From Spizellomyces punctatus DAOM BR117 (taxonomy: Eukaryota), in NCBI GenBank assembly GCA_000182565.2, contig KQ257454.1: DNA of 64,000 nucleotides; one strand, written 5' to 3'. The position numbers and the translations under genes were made by a program. The notes beneath the pieces are model-generated. The model was not told where the DNA came from, did not search any database, and saw only the letters and a program-made list of their open reading frames with translations. Positions 1 to 13,349 of this stretch are shown here, piece by piece. The number at the start of each line of letters is the position of its first letter. Positions within the stretch are counted from its first letter, which is position 1.

Positions 1-65
1 ACGCGAAGCGCGCCGCTCTGGCTCGCAAGGCTGGGCTTGCTGGGGCTGCCAAGAAAAAGCAGTGA
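1..65 (+). CDS. 3' end of a gene truncated by the window edge (...AKRAALARKAGLAGAAKKKQ*)
   Basis: Open frame from base 3 to TGA at 63-65 with a Lys/Ala-rich C-terminus. Too short to assign a family. Confidence 0.45.
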   Translation, partial: AKRAALARKAGLAGAAKKKQ

Positions 66-234
66 CATGCGTTAGATAGGCATAGCGGGATAGTTGCTGA
101 TATGTAGAAGGGTGAATCTGCTGGAGCGGACTGGCAGAGCAAAATGAATAGACTAGTTTAAACACGGCCAATATTGCGCCAGAGTCTTCTTTGATATTCT
201 ACCCATCTAACAGATGTAACGGACCGTAAAATCT

Positions 235-1073
235 TTACTTCACTAAAGGTCGCACTCCGCTCCCCTTCTCTCCTCCTGGTAGCTTCTCTTGCATCTTACG
301 CATTTCACGTAAATACGCGGACGCGGTGGCGTCCAACTCACTTGACTCGTCCTTGTGACTCTTTTTTGCATTTGTTTCCTGGTTCTCGTCCTCAGGAGAG
401 TCCACCGTTGGTCTCTTTCGTTTACCTCTCAGGCGCTAATTTGTGTGTGTCAAGAGTCAAAGTCATGAAGGTCATGATTTGTGTCGGAAGCCGATACAAG
501 TACTTACAAATGCATTCTCCCAGTCTTTCTTCCTAGAAAGTGAGGGCAGGATAGTGTTATTTTACTATTAGACGCATATAGAACAGGATAGCTCCTCCTG
601 AACCCAGGCCGGTAGACAAGCCAATACGGAGAAAACTCACTTTTGAATTGCCTCCTGTTGTTTTCTCTTTTCGTCCTGTTCGCTTTGCATTTGTCTAAAT
701 CGCTCAACAAACGACCCATCATTGCTGTTTATGTTGACAAGCGTTGCGGAATCACGGTGACCATGAAGGGGAGGAATTCTCAAATGTTTAGTCCAATCAG
801 TTTACCAAAGGCATCGTCTGTATTCTATCCAAAGGCCAAGCGCAGAGTCATATCGACCTCGTTCGCTTGCAGGGATGGGAAGATCCCTGTATCTGAGTTC
901 GAGGAAATATACGCATCGCACCTGAAAATATTTAGCACGGCAGGCGGTTTCTTTTCGGTTGAAGCGGAAGAAGGGAGATCTTGGCGTTTATCGCTTGGAG
1001 TGTTGCTGGTGGGTGTGGAAGGAGAGTTGGTGTGCAGTGGTGGTGTAGAACTGTCGGTCGTATCTGGTACCAT
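235..1073 (-). CDS. TRIR/C19orf43-like small protein (telomerase RNA component-interacting RNase family), 4 exons
   Basis: Splicing intron 921-725 gives VLNIFSNDGSFVERFRQMQ. The last exon ends AYLREMRKMQEKLPGGEKGSGVRPLVK*. The NDGSF motif and terminal RPLVK match the C19orf43/TRIR family. All introns are GT-AG and in phase. Confidence 0.75.
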
Positions 1074-1240
1074 TGCAGAGTGTTCCCTTCAATGTCGGAT
1101 GTCAAGGCTGGGGAAAGCCCTGGGGGCGAAACGACAAGTCTGGCGGTGACGGCTCCAAGGTCACGTGTCATATTTGAGCAGATCCAGTTTTTACTCCATT
1201 TTTGTTTGCATTTGCGCTACCTCCGGCATTTTCACAAAAC

Positions 1241-1902
1241 ATGGGTCAAGGCGGACGAGGAGGTAAAACCAAACCTAAGCGAGGCGGCGGTAAACGCTTC
1301 ACGCCTGCTCGTGTCTTGAGAGATGAAGGGGATGTCTGGAACCAAAACCCCGAAAACGAGGGTTCTGAAGCGTCGTCCCAAGAAGAATCGTCCAGCGAGG
1401 ATGAAATCCAACAGCAACCAAAGCAGCAGCAGAAACCCATCCCCGCTGTACCTGCTAATTCTAAACTTGGTAATACCGATGCACCACATGGTGAAGGAGA
1501 CTCTGACGATCAGGATGATATAACCAACCCCAACCGTAACGTCAAAAGTCATTTGAAAGCAAGCGATCTTGGCGGAGAGAGAGAGTTGAGCAGAAGGGAA
1601 CGGGAGGCCATTGCAAAGGAGCGTGCCAAGGCTGCATTCTGGAAGGCTCAGATGGAAGGAAAGACAGAGCAAGCCCGAGCGGATTTGGCCAGACTTGCTA
1701 TCATCAAGAAGCAGAGAGAGGAAGCTGCAAAGAAGAGGGCCGAGGAGCTAGCTGGTATAGTTCACTGTCCACTGCAGGCTATCAATGTGATTAGTATTGA
1801 TCCCTTTATCACGTAGCAAAAGGCAAAGGCTCCAGCTCAAAAGTCGAATCTCTGAATGCTGGAAAGGGCATCATTTCAAAGTCACTTGGCAAGAAGAATT
1901 AA
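1241..1902 (+). CDS. PDAP1: 28 kDa heat- and acid-stable phosphoprotein (PP28/PDAP1 family), 2 exons
   Basis: [10 protein letters not shown]...[24 protein letters not shown] signature. ATG at 1241, intron about 1755-1816, stop at 1900-1902. Confidence 0.88.
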
Positions 1903-2170
1903 TGATCCTCTCTCTGTGCGGCGATGCCACCTTGCACTGTTGAAATTTGTTCGGCTGTGCGAATGTATATACATTCTTTGGACTATCTTCGTTGTTGAGA
2001 GTTAGTTCGGGTTGACTGTGTTGATTAAATGACGGAAGAACCCTTGGATGACGTTGTGTATTAGCTACTGAGAATAGACGTTAGGCCCGTATGCCATTTT
2101 TGCTTCGCGGCAGATTGTTAGAGGGCATGCTAAGAGTGCGTGAACAGTCTGTATTATGCACGTCATACAC

Positions 2171-3294
2171 TCATTCTCTGCTGTCTAAAAGTGCTGCTGC
2201 AGCTCGCTGTACATCGTTATTTGAGCTCCTGAGAGCTACCAACACTCTCTCTCTGGTAAACCCCATCCCCTCCAGAACTGCCACCGCATCAGGGGACGGT
2301 GGCGGCGGTGGTCCTGCCATCGCGACTCTATGGGCAGTCGATCCGCCCGTCCCTCTCATGGAAGCTGCATATCGTTCTCGGCGCTCTCTCATTTGATCTT
2401 CTGTCGTAGTGCCTGACGGACGGTCCTGTGGCGTAGCCGATGCCACGAGGGGTAGTACGAGCTTGCGTGCCATGGCTTGCAGCAAGCGCGGAAACCTCCA
2501 TGTCTTGATTTCGCCGACATTTGCCTCGTAAATGGCTCCAGCCAGTAACCCGCATCCACTGGCGACTAGCGATTCAGGGAACGATGATAGTAGGAGCTAA
2601 GAGTAGGAAAAGGGTGCGGCTCAGGAACCAAGCTCTGCCTTCAGCCCAATGAAAAGACATGTTGCACTCACCTGGCCACCCAATAACATAATCATTCCTC
2701 GTCCCGCACCCCGTCCTTCGACTGGCTCAGGCACAGTCCTCAGGTACTGGTACAATCCTGCAAATACCAAACCGAAAGGCCCCACTGGCATCTTGGCCAC
2801 ACTTTTAATCCCACTCCATTTTGCCAAAACCATCACTCCAAGGTTCAGCAAGGTTGAACACACAACAGATACAAATGCAAAAGCAGCATATTTGTTGGAT
2901 GACCACGTCCGTTCTAATACTCGGAAATGGTAGAGGAGCAGGGACCCGAATAGGAGGGTGGACGTTGTAGGGAAAAGGAGGTTTGTCGTTAGAAGCCGCC
3001 AGTACTTTGAAAGGCGCGATTTTCAGTATGGGTGCACGACGGACGCATCTGTTCACAAAGTCCGCTCCTCACCTGATAATGAACAAATAGGTGTGGATAC
3101 AGCTGAAGATGCCATTTATGTCTGACGTCGAGCATGGTTGCGAGTAGCGTATTGAATCCCAAGGAGAGGATCATGGCCTTGGTGACGGGAGCATTGTCTG
3201 TGAGATGCAAATCAGTCGATTTGAGTGGGTAAACAAATCATGAAACTTGCGAGGAGTGCCTACAAAATCCCGAGGGTCCGCCGCCTGGGAGCAT
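2171..3294 (-). CDS. Rhomboid-like membrane protein with C-terminal UBA domain (Dsc2/UBAC2-like)
   Basis: N-terminal GPSGF-YNAPVTK, hydrophobic segments with GPFGLVFA, and a C-terminal UBA (AVAVLEGMGFTRERVLVALRSSNNDVQRAAAALL). Confidence 0.82.
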
Positions 3295-3455
3295 GGTTGT
3301 GGGGTGACAGCGTTGATGTCAAATTTTGAAAGGAATCAACACAAGGATTTCTCAATGCGAGGCTTCAACCTCGATGGGAAATTTGCAGAAAAGTGTGTAA
3401 AGCCCGCGATGTTTTGCGTTGAGCAGGTTTCGAACCCGCTGCTTAGTAATGCAGT

Positions 3456-5439
3456 TTATGATTCTTCCACCAGCACACCACATGCCAGCCCGTCCCATTT
3501 CCCGCCGTGCTTCCAAAACCTATCTATAAGCTTTTTATCACCATCAAAGTCTGGATCAGCCCAGTTTGGAATTGGGGTTTCGTATTTGCCTCTGTCCCAT
3601 TCACACTTCCAGCTATGCAACCAGATTTGTAATTGCTCAGGTATAGGGTCCATTCTTTGAATAAGACACTCGCTGCAATCTGCTTCCAACGTGTCGGCGA
3701 TCTGTTGGTTGGATGATGCTTCTTCAGCGTCAGATTGTAGTTGACCGACGGTAATTAAGGCTGAATCCGTGTGGTCCTGAACATCTTGTGGATACGCATG
3801 TGGCGTCAATTCCTTGAGAACGCTGTCGAGCTGTCCTTTCTCAATACCACCCTTTCCCAAGCTGGGGCCCCATATATCGCAACAATAAATGGGATCATTC
3901 GCGATGGGATACCCAAGGTATTGCAGATGAACGCGAATCTGATGTGTACGGCCCGTCAGTGGTTTACCTACGGTGATTACAAGTAGGTAAATATGTTTCA
4001 TGTGGTACGATTTCATCCGGGACGTTACATTCTACAACACTCGTCAACCCGTTATAGCTCCATCGTTTAAATATAGTTTTGCATTCTTTCCCTTCTGGTG
4101 AAACCGTGTTCACACCCAATTTGTGGGAAACCGTTAAAATCGGCTCCTCACAGATGATTTCCTCTCTGAAGCATGAGAATAGTAAGCACAGATAAAAGAC
4201 AAACTCCATAAAATGATGATCGACTAGCTTACGTGGGAAACTCCCCTCGCACTCGGCAAAGGTATGTTTTTTCAACATTCCGCTGCTGAAACTCTACCAT
4301 CAATTCCTGTGATCGCTTCTTGTTACGAGCAATCAGACAAAGACCTGATGTTAGCCTGTCGAGCCTATTGACGGCTACGTGCACATTAGCATTGCACCTT
4401 TCATTTCGTTTACAAATCGTTACTCCATGGCTTACGGAATAGATTCGAATAATTGAATTCGGGACTTCGTAAAATATGCAATATCGTATTGTGATGATAG
4501 CGCCCTGTTGGATGGATCTTGTGTGCAATGAGGAAGTGTCGCTTTATTAGATGGTAGTGTCAAGAGAACGTACCGGGATAGAGCTTGGTTTATTGACAAC
4601 AAGCATGTCAGTATCGGAATATACAATCTCCACAGTTTGGTCGGAAATCGGCGGTTCGTGGCGATGTATGGAGTGTGATAGAAGATCACCGTTGCGGAGG
4701 ACATAATCAAGAGAAATGCGCTCATTGTTTATCAAGATCTTCCCAGTGCAGATGGCTTTTTCCTGAGATTGATGGGACCATTCTGGTCAAAGCAGTTCCA
4801 ACGCGGAATCGGTAGCAGTAGGCATCCCACGTACATAGTAATCTCTAGGTTTGTCCTGAAACTCCTTTGCAAAGACCTCTATTATCGGACGTCCTTGCCA
4901 TCGGCCCTTTGCATACGTTTGGTAGACAAACTTGTATGGTTTCACTTTGCGCAAGCCTGCAAGTCATCCAGTGTTAGTCGAGCTCCTCCAACACTCTTCC
5001 AGTGCGTGTTGTACTGAGAATCATGCCTTTTTCAAAGTAGTATTCCACATCTGGTAAAGGCTGGCCCTCTATTGGTAGATACGTGATCTGGTCATGAATG
5101 ATTTTCTTGGCAGAAGGATCCCACATGACAGACTAACCAACCATGCGACAGGAACGCCTTTCTGCCAATAGGCTTTTCCTATTTCCAAACCACTATATCA
5201 GGATTTCTGTGACGTCTGCTTTCAGTAAGACACGAGTAGGTCACCTTTTTCGCCTTTATGTTTGATCTGCTATGTTCTGACCTCAACCGTTTCATCGGTG
5301 GTTCGTCGACAACATTGTCTCCCATCTCCACCGGCTTGTAATTCAATTTCTTATTGGTAGACCGTACAAGCGTACTGCCAGGCAGACCTGCACTCGTATG
5401 GGATGCCGTGACGGATTCTGCAAGCGATTCCCCCACCAT
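3456..5439 (-). CDS. RluA-family tRNA pseudouridine synthase (Pus9/RPUSD2-like), multi-exon
   Basis: Motifs [20 protein letters not shown] (catalytic Asp) and [24 protein letters not shown]. The start codon is less certain. Confidence 0.9.
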
Positions 5440-5864
5440 GGTAAACCCTCAAGATCTCCCAATAAAAACTCTAAAACTAGAGATTTGGGGGGGCGCGCGC
5501 GTGCCGGTTAATGGTTTTGTGTGACTGCAAGAGGCGCCTACCGCGCGGAAAGAAGGCTTGCCGGACTCAAGTTTCTTTTGCTTTGTCCTTTTTGTTCAAG
5601 GAAAATGATGCATGGTCGTTGATGAAAGAAACCTCAAAAGAATAGATACGCAGACGCTGCTCCCTTTTTAGTAGCCTTGGTAGTTTCTTGCATTCTCCTG
5701 GTTTCGACTGACAACTGACGGGTTGGGATACGCACTTGCTCTCGGTGGAGGCAGCGTCAAAACCGACTCTTGAGCCTGAACGACCGACTCTATTTGCATC
5801 TTCCTCCGCTATTGTAAAGTCACATCACCTTTGAGCCTCATTTTGTTTCTGCCAGTCACGGAAA

Positions 5865-8800
5865 ATGGAGATTGCCCGGCCGCCGCCACCGTCTACGAAC
5901 AGGGCGACTTCTGTTTCCCTGTACCAGCAGACAATGTCACTGATTGAAAAACTCTATGCTCTGCCAAGATTCGATTTTTACCTCTTCCCACAAGGCCTGG
6001 ACTCGTTCATTGATAATGCAACACTCATTGATCCCGTTGCGGTGATCTGGGCTTGCTTCCGGTTGGGATCGCCATTCTGCCACCTGTACAATCAGCTAAG
6101 ACCGAGAAAGAGGTTGCAGGTACCTGAATTGCCCAGCGTTGCACCACCCTACAATAATACATGTAAAAAGGCTGTATATGAGTTTGTGGTGGCCTGTAAG
6201 GCAGAGCTGCAGATGGAGGAGGCCGAACTGTTTACAATTTCGGGGTTGTACAAGGACGACACCAATGAGTTTGTAAAGGTACGTTGTTGTCAGCAGGGTG
6301 TTTTCTGGCTTTACTTACAATTTATATTTCTTTCCACAGCTTATGAAGACAATATCCATAGTGGTGCAGAAAATTGAAGATATGGGCCTCTTTCCACCTC
6401 CGCGACCTCTGCCCTTCTCCCTCCCAACATACGCTGCATCAGAGGGTCCATCAGATAACCGTGCCAAGTTGATTGCCGAAATGCTAAATACAGAAAGAAC
6501 TTATACGGCGGATCTGGAAAAGCTTCAGGTATACTTCATTTCGTACTTGAAAAGCTTCTAATTGCTGATATCTTTGATCTGTGATTTGCAGCGGTACAAA
6601 CGAGAGTTGGAGGTCCAGAATATTGTTCCACGAGATTCGCTGTTGCAGTTGTTTGCAAACCTGGATGAGCTTTTGGATTTTCAGCGACGATTTCTGTTGC
6701 AAATGGAAGCAACACTATCTTTTCCCCCCGCCGAACAACGAATTGGACAGCTGTTCATGCAGAATGTATGTGCACAAGGAAATATCATCCATTTCCAATC
6801 TTGATTGCTAAATGTTGTCTTGACCATCTATAGGAAGATGCCTTCGCAGTTTACGTTCCGTTCTGCGGAAACTACCAATTTGCGACACAGATAGCTACGG
6901 AACAAGCGGTGCAGCTGCAAAGAGTGCCGGATATGGATCCCCTTCGTGAGCTACCTTCCTACTTGATCAAACCTGTACAGCGTGTTTGTAAATATCCACT
7001 ACTATTGAATGTGAGTGGATAGAATTGGATGGAGCAGAGCTAGCGGGCTCATGACAATTGACCTGTTGATTTCATACAGGAGCTGATCAAGTATAGTGAT
7101 GCCGCAACATATCCGTTCATGGAAGAGCTTAGGGGAGGACTGGCCGCAATCAAACGTGTGACAGACCGTGTGAATGAGGAAAAACGACAAGAGGAGAATC
7201 GCCGGATGAAGCGTGACGTTATAGAGCGCGTTGAAGATTGGAAGGTAGGTGTACCAGAGATTTAAATTGGCCAAGTCTTCTTGTGACACGTTGCGGAATT
7301 TTAGGGTTTGAACGTGGCGGATTTTGGGGAACTCCTTCTCTCTGAGAAATTTCCAATGTCGACTGGAGAATCCGAACGTGACTATGACCTCTTCCTGTTT
7401 GAACACATCCTGTTATGTTGTAAAGACACAACCAAAAAGAGGAAGAGCAAGAAGAACGCGAAGGAAGATTCAACAACTTATGCTCTCAAAGGAAATATCT
7501 ATATTGAACGTATCGATAGTGTCACCAATGAGGCCAATCCTGCGCAGCAAAAGTTCCAATTGAAGGTCTTCTGGCGCGACGGAATGGATATGGAGTCGTT
7601 CGTTCTTCGTTGTCGAAATATGGAACAGGTGAAGCTGTGGCAGGACCGTTTGGATGGATTGATTCAAGCCGAGCGTCTCAGAAAACTATCGCTACGTGAG
7701 ACGAATCCATACACAAAATCTACACAATTACATCCGGATATTATCCGAGGACTGGGACGCGGATTACTTTCTGTGAAAGATGACGAAGATGAACTGGCAG
7801 ATCAACGGTACCCACGCGGGGAACAGCGGCTGGATGCCATACGGTCTCCGACAGGAGAGCTGCCTCCACCGATACAGCGGTCAAAATCCATTCCGTTCAA
7901 TTACTATCCCAATGTTGCACCGAATAAACCCCAGTATCCTAATGAGCCATCCGAGACGTCCACGTCATTGTCAGCCGCGCAGCTGCGAAAGAGTGCGCCA
8001 GCCAAACCAAGAAGCAACAATATGGCGTCATCTTCTGAATATTCTTCCCGCTCATTAGCGTCAAGAGCCCGCAGCTCATCGCCGTCCAGAAGGAGGATAC
8101 CAAGGGAATCGAGTCCTCCACCTCCTGTGCCCGACTTGCCGATGAGCCCAACGGGAATGTCTGTCAATGGATATGAGAGAAGCTACGGGGAACGTGTTCG
8201 AGAGCGTAGCAGATCGCGTCCGCGAGAGGAGATACCAAGAATGCCCTTGCCACCACCGCCACAGCTACCACTGCCAGACCCTCCAGGAAGTCTGCTTTCT
8301 GGTATTTCGACAACTAGGGTATCGGAGTCGAGGCGTCCTAGTCGAAGCCAACCTTCCGACCGCGGGTACTTTGATGGATACGACGACATGTATGGGGCCA
8401 ACAGCTTTGGTTCACGTGGCCGAGGTGACTACGCTTCCGAGTTGCCACCGTCTCCTCCAGCGTCAGTGCCAGGGTCACCGATGACCCGGAAGGCGAACAT
8501 GCCACCTCCACCTACTTTGGCTCCACGAAGCATGACCAGTCCTTACCCCTTAACACAACTCTCCACAATGCAGGCAAATGACCCATACTTGCAGTCACGT
8601 GGAGAAATGAGGAATCAACAGGGCACAGGTCGAAAAGGATCCAATGCCGGTATTGCGTACAGCTATGAGCCAGTAAACCGAAACGGCGCAGGCGCTACGA
8701 GGACAAGGGGTATTAGTACAAGTAGTTCGGGTACGAGTACTACGTCCTACACACCACCCAACTTTCCTCTTCCTCCTACTCCTGCTTCGTCAACAGTGAA

Positions 8801-9164
8801 AATTGCACCCACCAGGAACGGAACGTTTCCACCTCCTTCGTCAGCGGGCACATCGAACAGTTCCGTAGCACCTTCGAACATGTCCGCACCAATGGTCAAA
8901 GTGAAGATGCACTATGGAACCGACATGTTTGTGGTGGCTGTTCCTGCGCGATGCACCTTTACTGAACTGCACTCCAAAATGGAGCGTAAGGTACGATTGT
9001 GTGGTGCAGCGGTCCCTGAAGGGAAGAAACTCCGAATGCGGTACCGTGATGAAGATGGTGATTACATTATGATTAACAATACAGAGGATGTTAGTATGGC
9101 GTTTGAGACTGGGAGAGGAGGAAAGGAGCGGGAAAAATCGTTTGTCAACATTTGGATTCTATAG
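5865..9164 (+). CDS. CDC24: Cdc24/Scd1-type Rho (Cdc42) GEF: CH-like, DH, PH, Pro-rich linker, PB1
   Basis: DPVAVIWACFRLGSPFCHLYN (Cdc24 CH), EMLNTERTYTADLEKLQ and LIKPVQRVCKYPLLL (DH), FGELLL...LFEHILLCCK (PH), VKVKMHYG...MRYRDEDGDYIMI (PB1). Confidence 0.92.
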
Positions 9165-9734
9165 AGGAAGCGTGTTTTCTAGTTCATACTGTTACGGGAA
9201 TGGGTGTATGTGCTTGTGGGTGTGTATCTTTTGGCGTAGATGGTCAGGTTGTCTTTGTACAAATAGCAAAATAAAAAAGGAGGGCAGAAGCTAACGACGC
9301 AAAGTGGCTATGCATAGTATATTTCTGTAAAAGGAAAGTCTGACCAGTCGGACAAGTCGCTGCGCGCCTTTTGCTAAAAATTGGGCGACGGGCCAAAAAA
9401 TGTTGTTGTGGCCAACGGTAAAAGGCAAAAGTGTTGCGCTATGGCTGTCTAAATCCTGGTTTTCATTTCTCGTTTTCTCCCCATCGCCCATCGGCAATCT
9501 GCCTTTCATCTTGTTCTTTTTTGAGACCTCATCTGTTTTGTAAGGGCTTTAGGGTTGATACCGAATTTGATACCCTCCCAATCACATACATCTCGTGTTC
9601 TTCTTCCCGTGCGTTTTTCCACCTGTTTCTTTTTCATTGAACCTCTTGTCACGACGGCTCCGTTGAATTCAACACACCGTCTCTCTGTACCGTTGCCCGA
9701 ACGTAGACCACTAGTTACCGTTGTTGATCCCAGC

Positions 9735-11255
9735 ATGGCCGACGCGCTTGATAGTTACCCCACGCTGTTTATCAGGTGCCTATCAAAATCAGAGCACTAT
9801 GGCAATTTCTTTAATACACGTTGAAATGAAATAATCTCTAATATAAACGCATTTTCTGTTAATATTGTAGTGGCATGCTGCCGAGCATCACTGAACTGGT
9901 ACGCTCTCCCGTGAGATGCATTGCTCGCTAGGTCAGTTACTGAGGTTGTCTCTTTTGCCACATGTAGGACCTCGTAAAAGTGTTGAATGAAATGAAATTG
10001 GAAACGTACGTTGGTTGTTTTGTCTTGGAGCTACTGTCGTCGATTCATACGAAACTCATGTCTGCTTCAGTAAGGTTATCATGGAACGGGATCCCGTGAC
10101 CTCTGTTCCTCTTGGGCGGATCAAGTTGATTTTCCGCTACATGCCTGACGGTACATCCTTGATTTTAACACCATCGCATTTCTCCCCACCTTTTGCTCAC
10201 GATGATATACTTTTGCAGCCGAACGTTTCTATGCAACCGTCAACGGCTCGTTGTTCCTCGGCGCCAAAGTGCATCTTACCTTTAAAGATCCAAATATGAA
10301 TTTCACCAATACATCCGGTTCCAAGAGCATCGTCGTCAAGCACATCCCTTTGGGAGTCACTTCCCTCGACTTTTACGAAGCCGTTCGCCCCTTCGGTCGG
10401 ATCATTTCGTGCAAGGTCATGATTGATCGTTCCGGCAGCGAGTCGTACGCTCTCTTGCAGTTTGAGAATCAGGACCATGCGGACCGATGTGTCAACGAGG
10501 TGAATGGATCCCAATTTAGGGGTAACACCATGTATGTGCTTCTCCCGCCTCTTTAACCCGATCATGAAGGCTCACATGACTTGTCCAGTTCTCTCTCATG
10601 GCAGTTCCCAAAGAACTCGCCTTACCAATATCCTACAAAGCGTACGTCAATGAGTAAGGAACAAATCATTGGGGTCGACGCTTCTCAATTGGGCGCTCCT
10701 GCCGGATGGAGTCAGAATGGCTCTACTACCAATGGATGGGGCCAACCGACGCCTCCAAACTCGCCTCCGCCGGTGAGTGTGACTCCACCAAACTGGTCAT
10801 CTGCGCCCAACCCGAATGCTGCGCCCTGGAGCCCGACAAGCCCGACCACCGGTTGGCATCAAGGAGCCTCGCAGGGCGGTGCCCCGCGACATGCTTGGGA
10901 GACTTCCACCCCAACAGTCGTGCCCGATATCCCACTTGATGAAAAGAATCTTTACATCAAGAATCTAGAAGAGCACGTTGACAATTTGGAGCTGTTCAAC
11001 ATGTTCCGTGTGTTTGGCAGAATTATTTCTGCCAGAGTCATGCGTGACGAAGCCACGGGCCGAAGCAAAGGGTTCGGATTCGTTTCCTTTGAAACAGCGG
11101 AAATGGCTGGAAGGGCTTTGCGCGACATGAACGGCAAACGATACGGTAACAAGCAACTGGTTGTCAACGTTGCTGAGCCAAAAGGATATCGGCAGACAAA
11201 ATTGGCCGCCCTTCATGCCGCAAAAGGCGGTTTGCCAAGCCCAGTAGCGGTTTGA
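9735..11255 (+). CDS. Multi-RRM RNA-binding protein with PABP-like RRMs and several small 5' exons
   Basis: RRMs IVVKHIP...FGRIISCKVM...YALLQF and NLYIKNL...FGRIISARVM...SKGFGFVSF. Upstream small exons start at ATG 9735 with GT-AG junctions. Confidence 0.82.
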
Positions 11256-11554
11256 GCGGGTTATTGGGACATGGTATGGACATGAAAAGAACATTAGAAA
11301 TCAACCACAATTCACCTTTTTTTGGGAAGGAGATGCATTGCAGCCTCATATAGTATTTTTTTGTAACAATATATAGACATTCAAAAGTTGCGATGGGAAA
11401 TGGATTAGACAAATTCTATGTAAAAAAGATCTGTTACATTGGCAGTCGGTAACCGCGATGGGAGAACGTAATAAAAAAGACATGAACCCCACAGACCATT
11501 TATCACACCCGACAGCCCTGATCATTACAAGTAAAGCAACGGCATTGATACAAT

Positions 11555-13092
11555 TTACTTTTTGGGCTTGCCAACAGCGTCCATATCTATATTCTCCCCA
11601 CGTCCAGACCCGTCTGGAACGCGTGAGAACTCTCCCCGGTTCTTGCTACTCCCACCAACAGCCTTTGCGACCGAAAACCCAATCACGCCTGCCACAACCA
11701 CTAGAGTCGACATGCCCTTTTGAGCCGTAAAGCATTGAGCCGTATCCCGTTGGCAAAACATAAGATGACTGAGTCCAAAAACCAGAACTGCTCGCAAAGC
11801 TTGCAACACGCCCGTCGCAACGGCTCCCGTACTCTCCAGCAGTTCAAAGTATGTCAAATTATGTCCTAACGAGCTGACGACCAATACCAAGTACATGCCG
11901 ATCACGCCGAAATCGTTGAGTGGCATTTCTCTCAGCGTTGGAATTGAAGAAAACAGCATGAGGACGAGACAAATGAGACCGCTGTAGAGTCCGACCCAGA
12001 AACATTGCTGCCGCGGGGCCATGGGTATAGCTGCGTTCGATAGTAAATAATCGTTCAGGGTATCTGCAAGAATGATGAGCGTTTTCAGTCCAGAGGTTTC
12101 AACCGATTGATGTTGGGCACAAAAGTAACTCACAAACACCAGAATATATGCATGTTCCCATCAGAGTGATAAAGAAGCCCGCCACGACTTTTGCATCTAT
12201 ACGCCATATTCAGAAGACCTTAGTACACTGCGCCACACAACGCTAGTAAAGATCAAATTGAAAGAAACGTACGGGACGTCTTTTCCTCTAAATCTGAACC
12301 GCCAGTAGCATTGATCGACAATCCCATCATGATAAGGAAAACCGCAAGCCATTGTGCAGCATTCAAGGTTCGTTTCAAGAATATACGGCTAAGAAAGGCG
12401 GTGAAAACAACCATACTGGCATAGATGACTTGAAATAGCTACAAGATGTGAATCAATAAACACTCGGAAACACGGTCCGAATCATTCTAACATACCCCAC
12501 TTCCAACAGAGAACTGACCAATGGTCAAGACCACATTTCCTAATACATCCATGAAAGCCACGCAAAGCACGCTCTTGTGCGCGATAGTGGGTTCTGTGCT
12601 ATTCGGGACGTGGAGTTCGTGATTAGCACGGTTGTAACCGTGTGTAATTCAGTTCCAGATCTCCATACCTGGCCTGCGTTGACTATTGGGTTCGGGGAGA
12701 AGGTGGATCGTTACCATTCCAATGTATGTCGCCAGAACGGTGAGCATGGACCGTCCGTCTGAGCAAGCAAAAGATTTACACATTATATTTCGTCGCGTCT
12801 TTAGTGGAAAAGAATGGTACCTACCAGCAGCGCCTTTGTAATGAAGCCATTGCCCTCCCAAAGTTGATATCAACCCTGTGGTCAGAAACACAAATTGGTT
12901 CCATAACACCACCTTCTTTGTCTTTGCCAAGCCGGCAGGGGAAGATCTACGGGCTAGTATGCGGGGGCTGATGACCTTGGGAGATGTCGGGGGACTTCCT
13001 GGCGGTGATGGTTCGACATGCAGACGCAGCACATCTTCTGATAGGGCAGTCGATATCGCTGGCGGATGCCTTTTTTCAAGAGCTTCTGGCAT
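11555..13092 (-). CDS. Drug/metabolite (EamA / nucleotide-sugar transporter-like) multi-pass membrane protein
   Basis: About 10 hydrophobic segments across exons. LFQVIYASMVVFTAFLSRIFLKRTL and GAVATGVLQALRAVLVFGLSH are typical of the SLC35/DMT superfamily. Confidence 0.78.
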
Positions 13093-13349
13093 CGTTCATT
13101 TCACTTGCGCGTATCGGGCAGTAGAGCCGCAGCACCCAACCAGAGGTCAGGTAAGCCTTGTTGCCATGGCATACATCACGACTCGTTTTGTAGGAGGGTA
13201 TGAGCAAGTAGGTTTCATAGTCGGGTGTGGTTGATATTTGCAGAACTAAATCGCAGCAGTCCTTTGGAATGTATTTACACATGTGCAGAAGAATTATCAT
13301 AAATTAGTTCATCGCATCCAATTATCTCATGGGGCCCATCTGTCTGCCA

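Noticed and set aside
643-1149. 168-aa + strand ORF with a hydrophobic N-terminus
   Set aside because: Overlaps the better supported minus-strand TRIR-like gene and has no recognisable domain.
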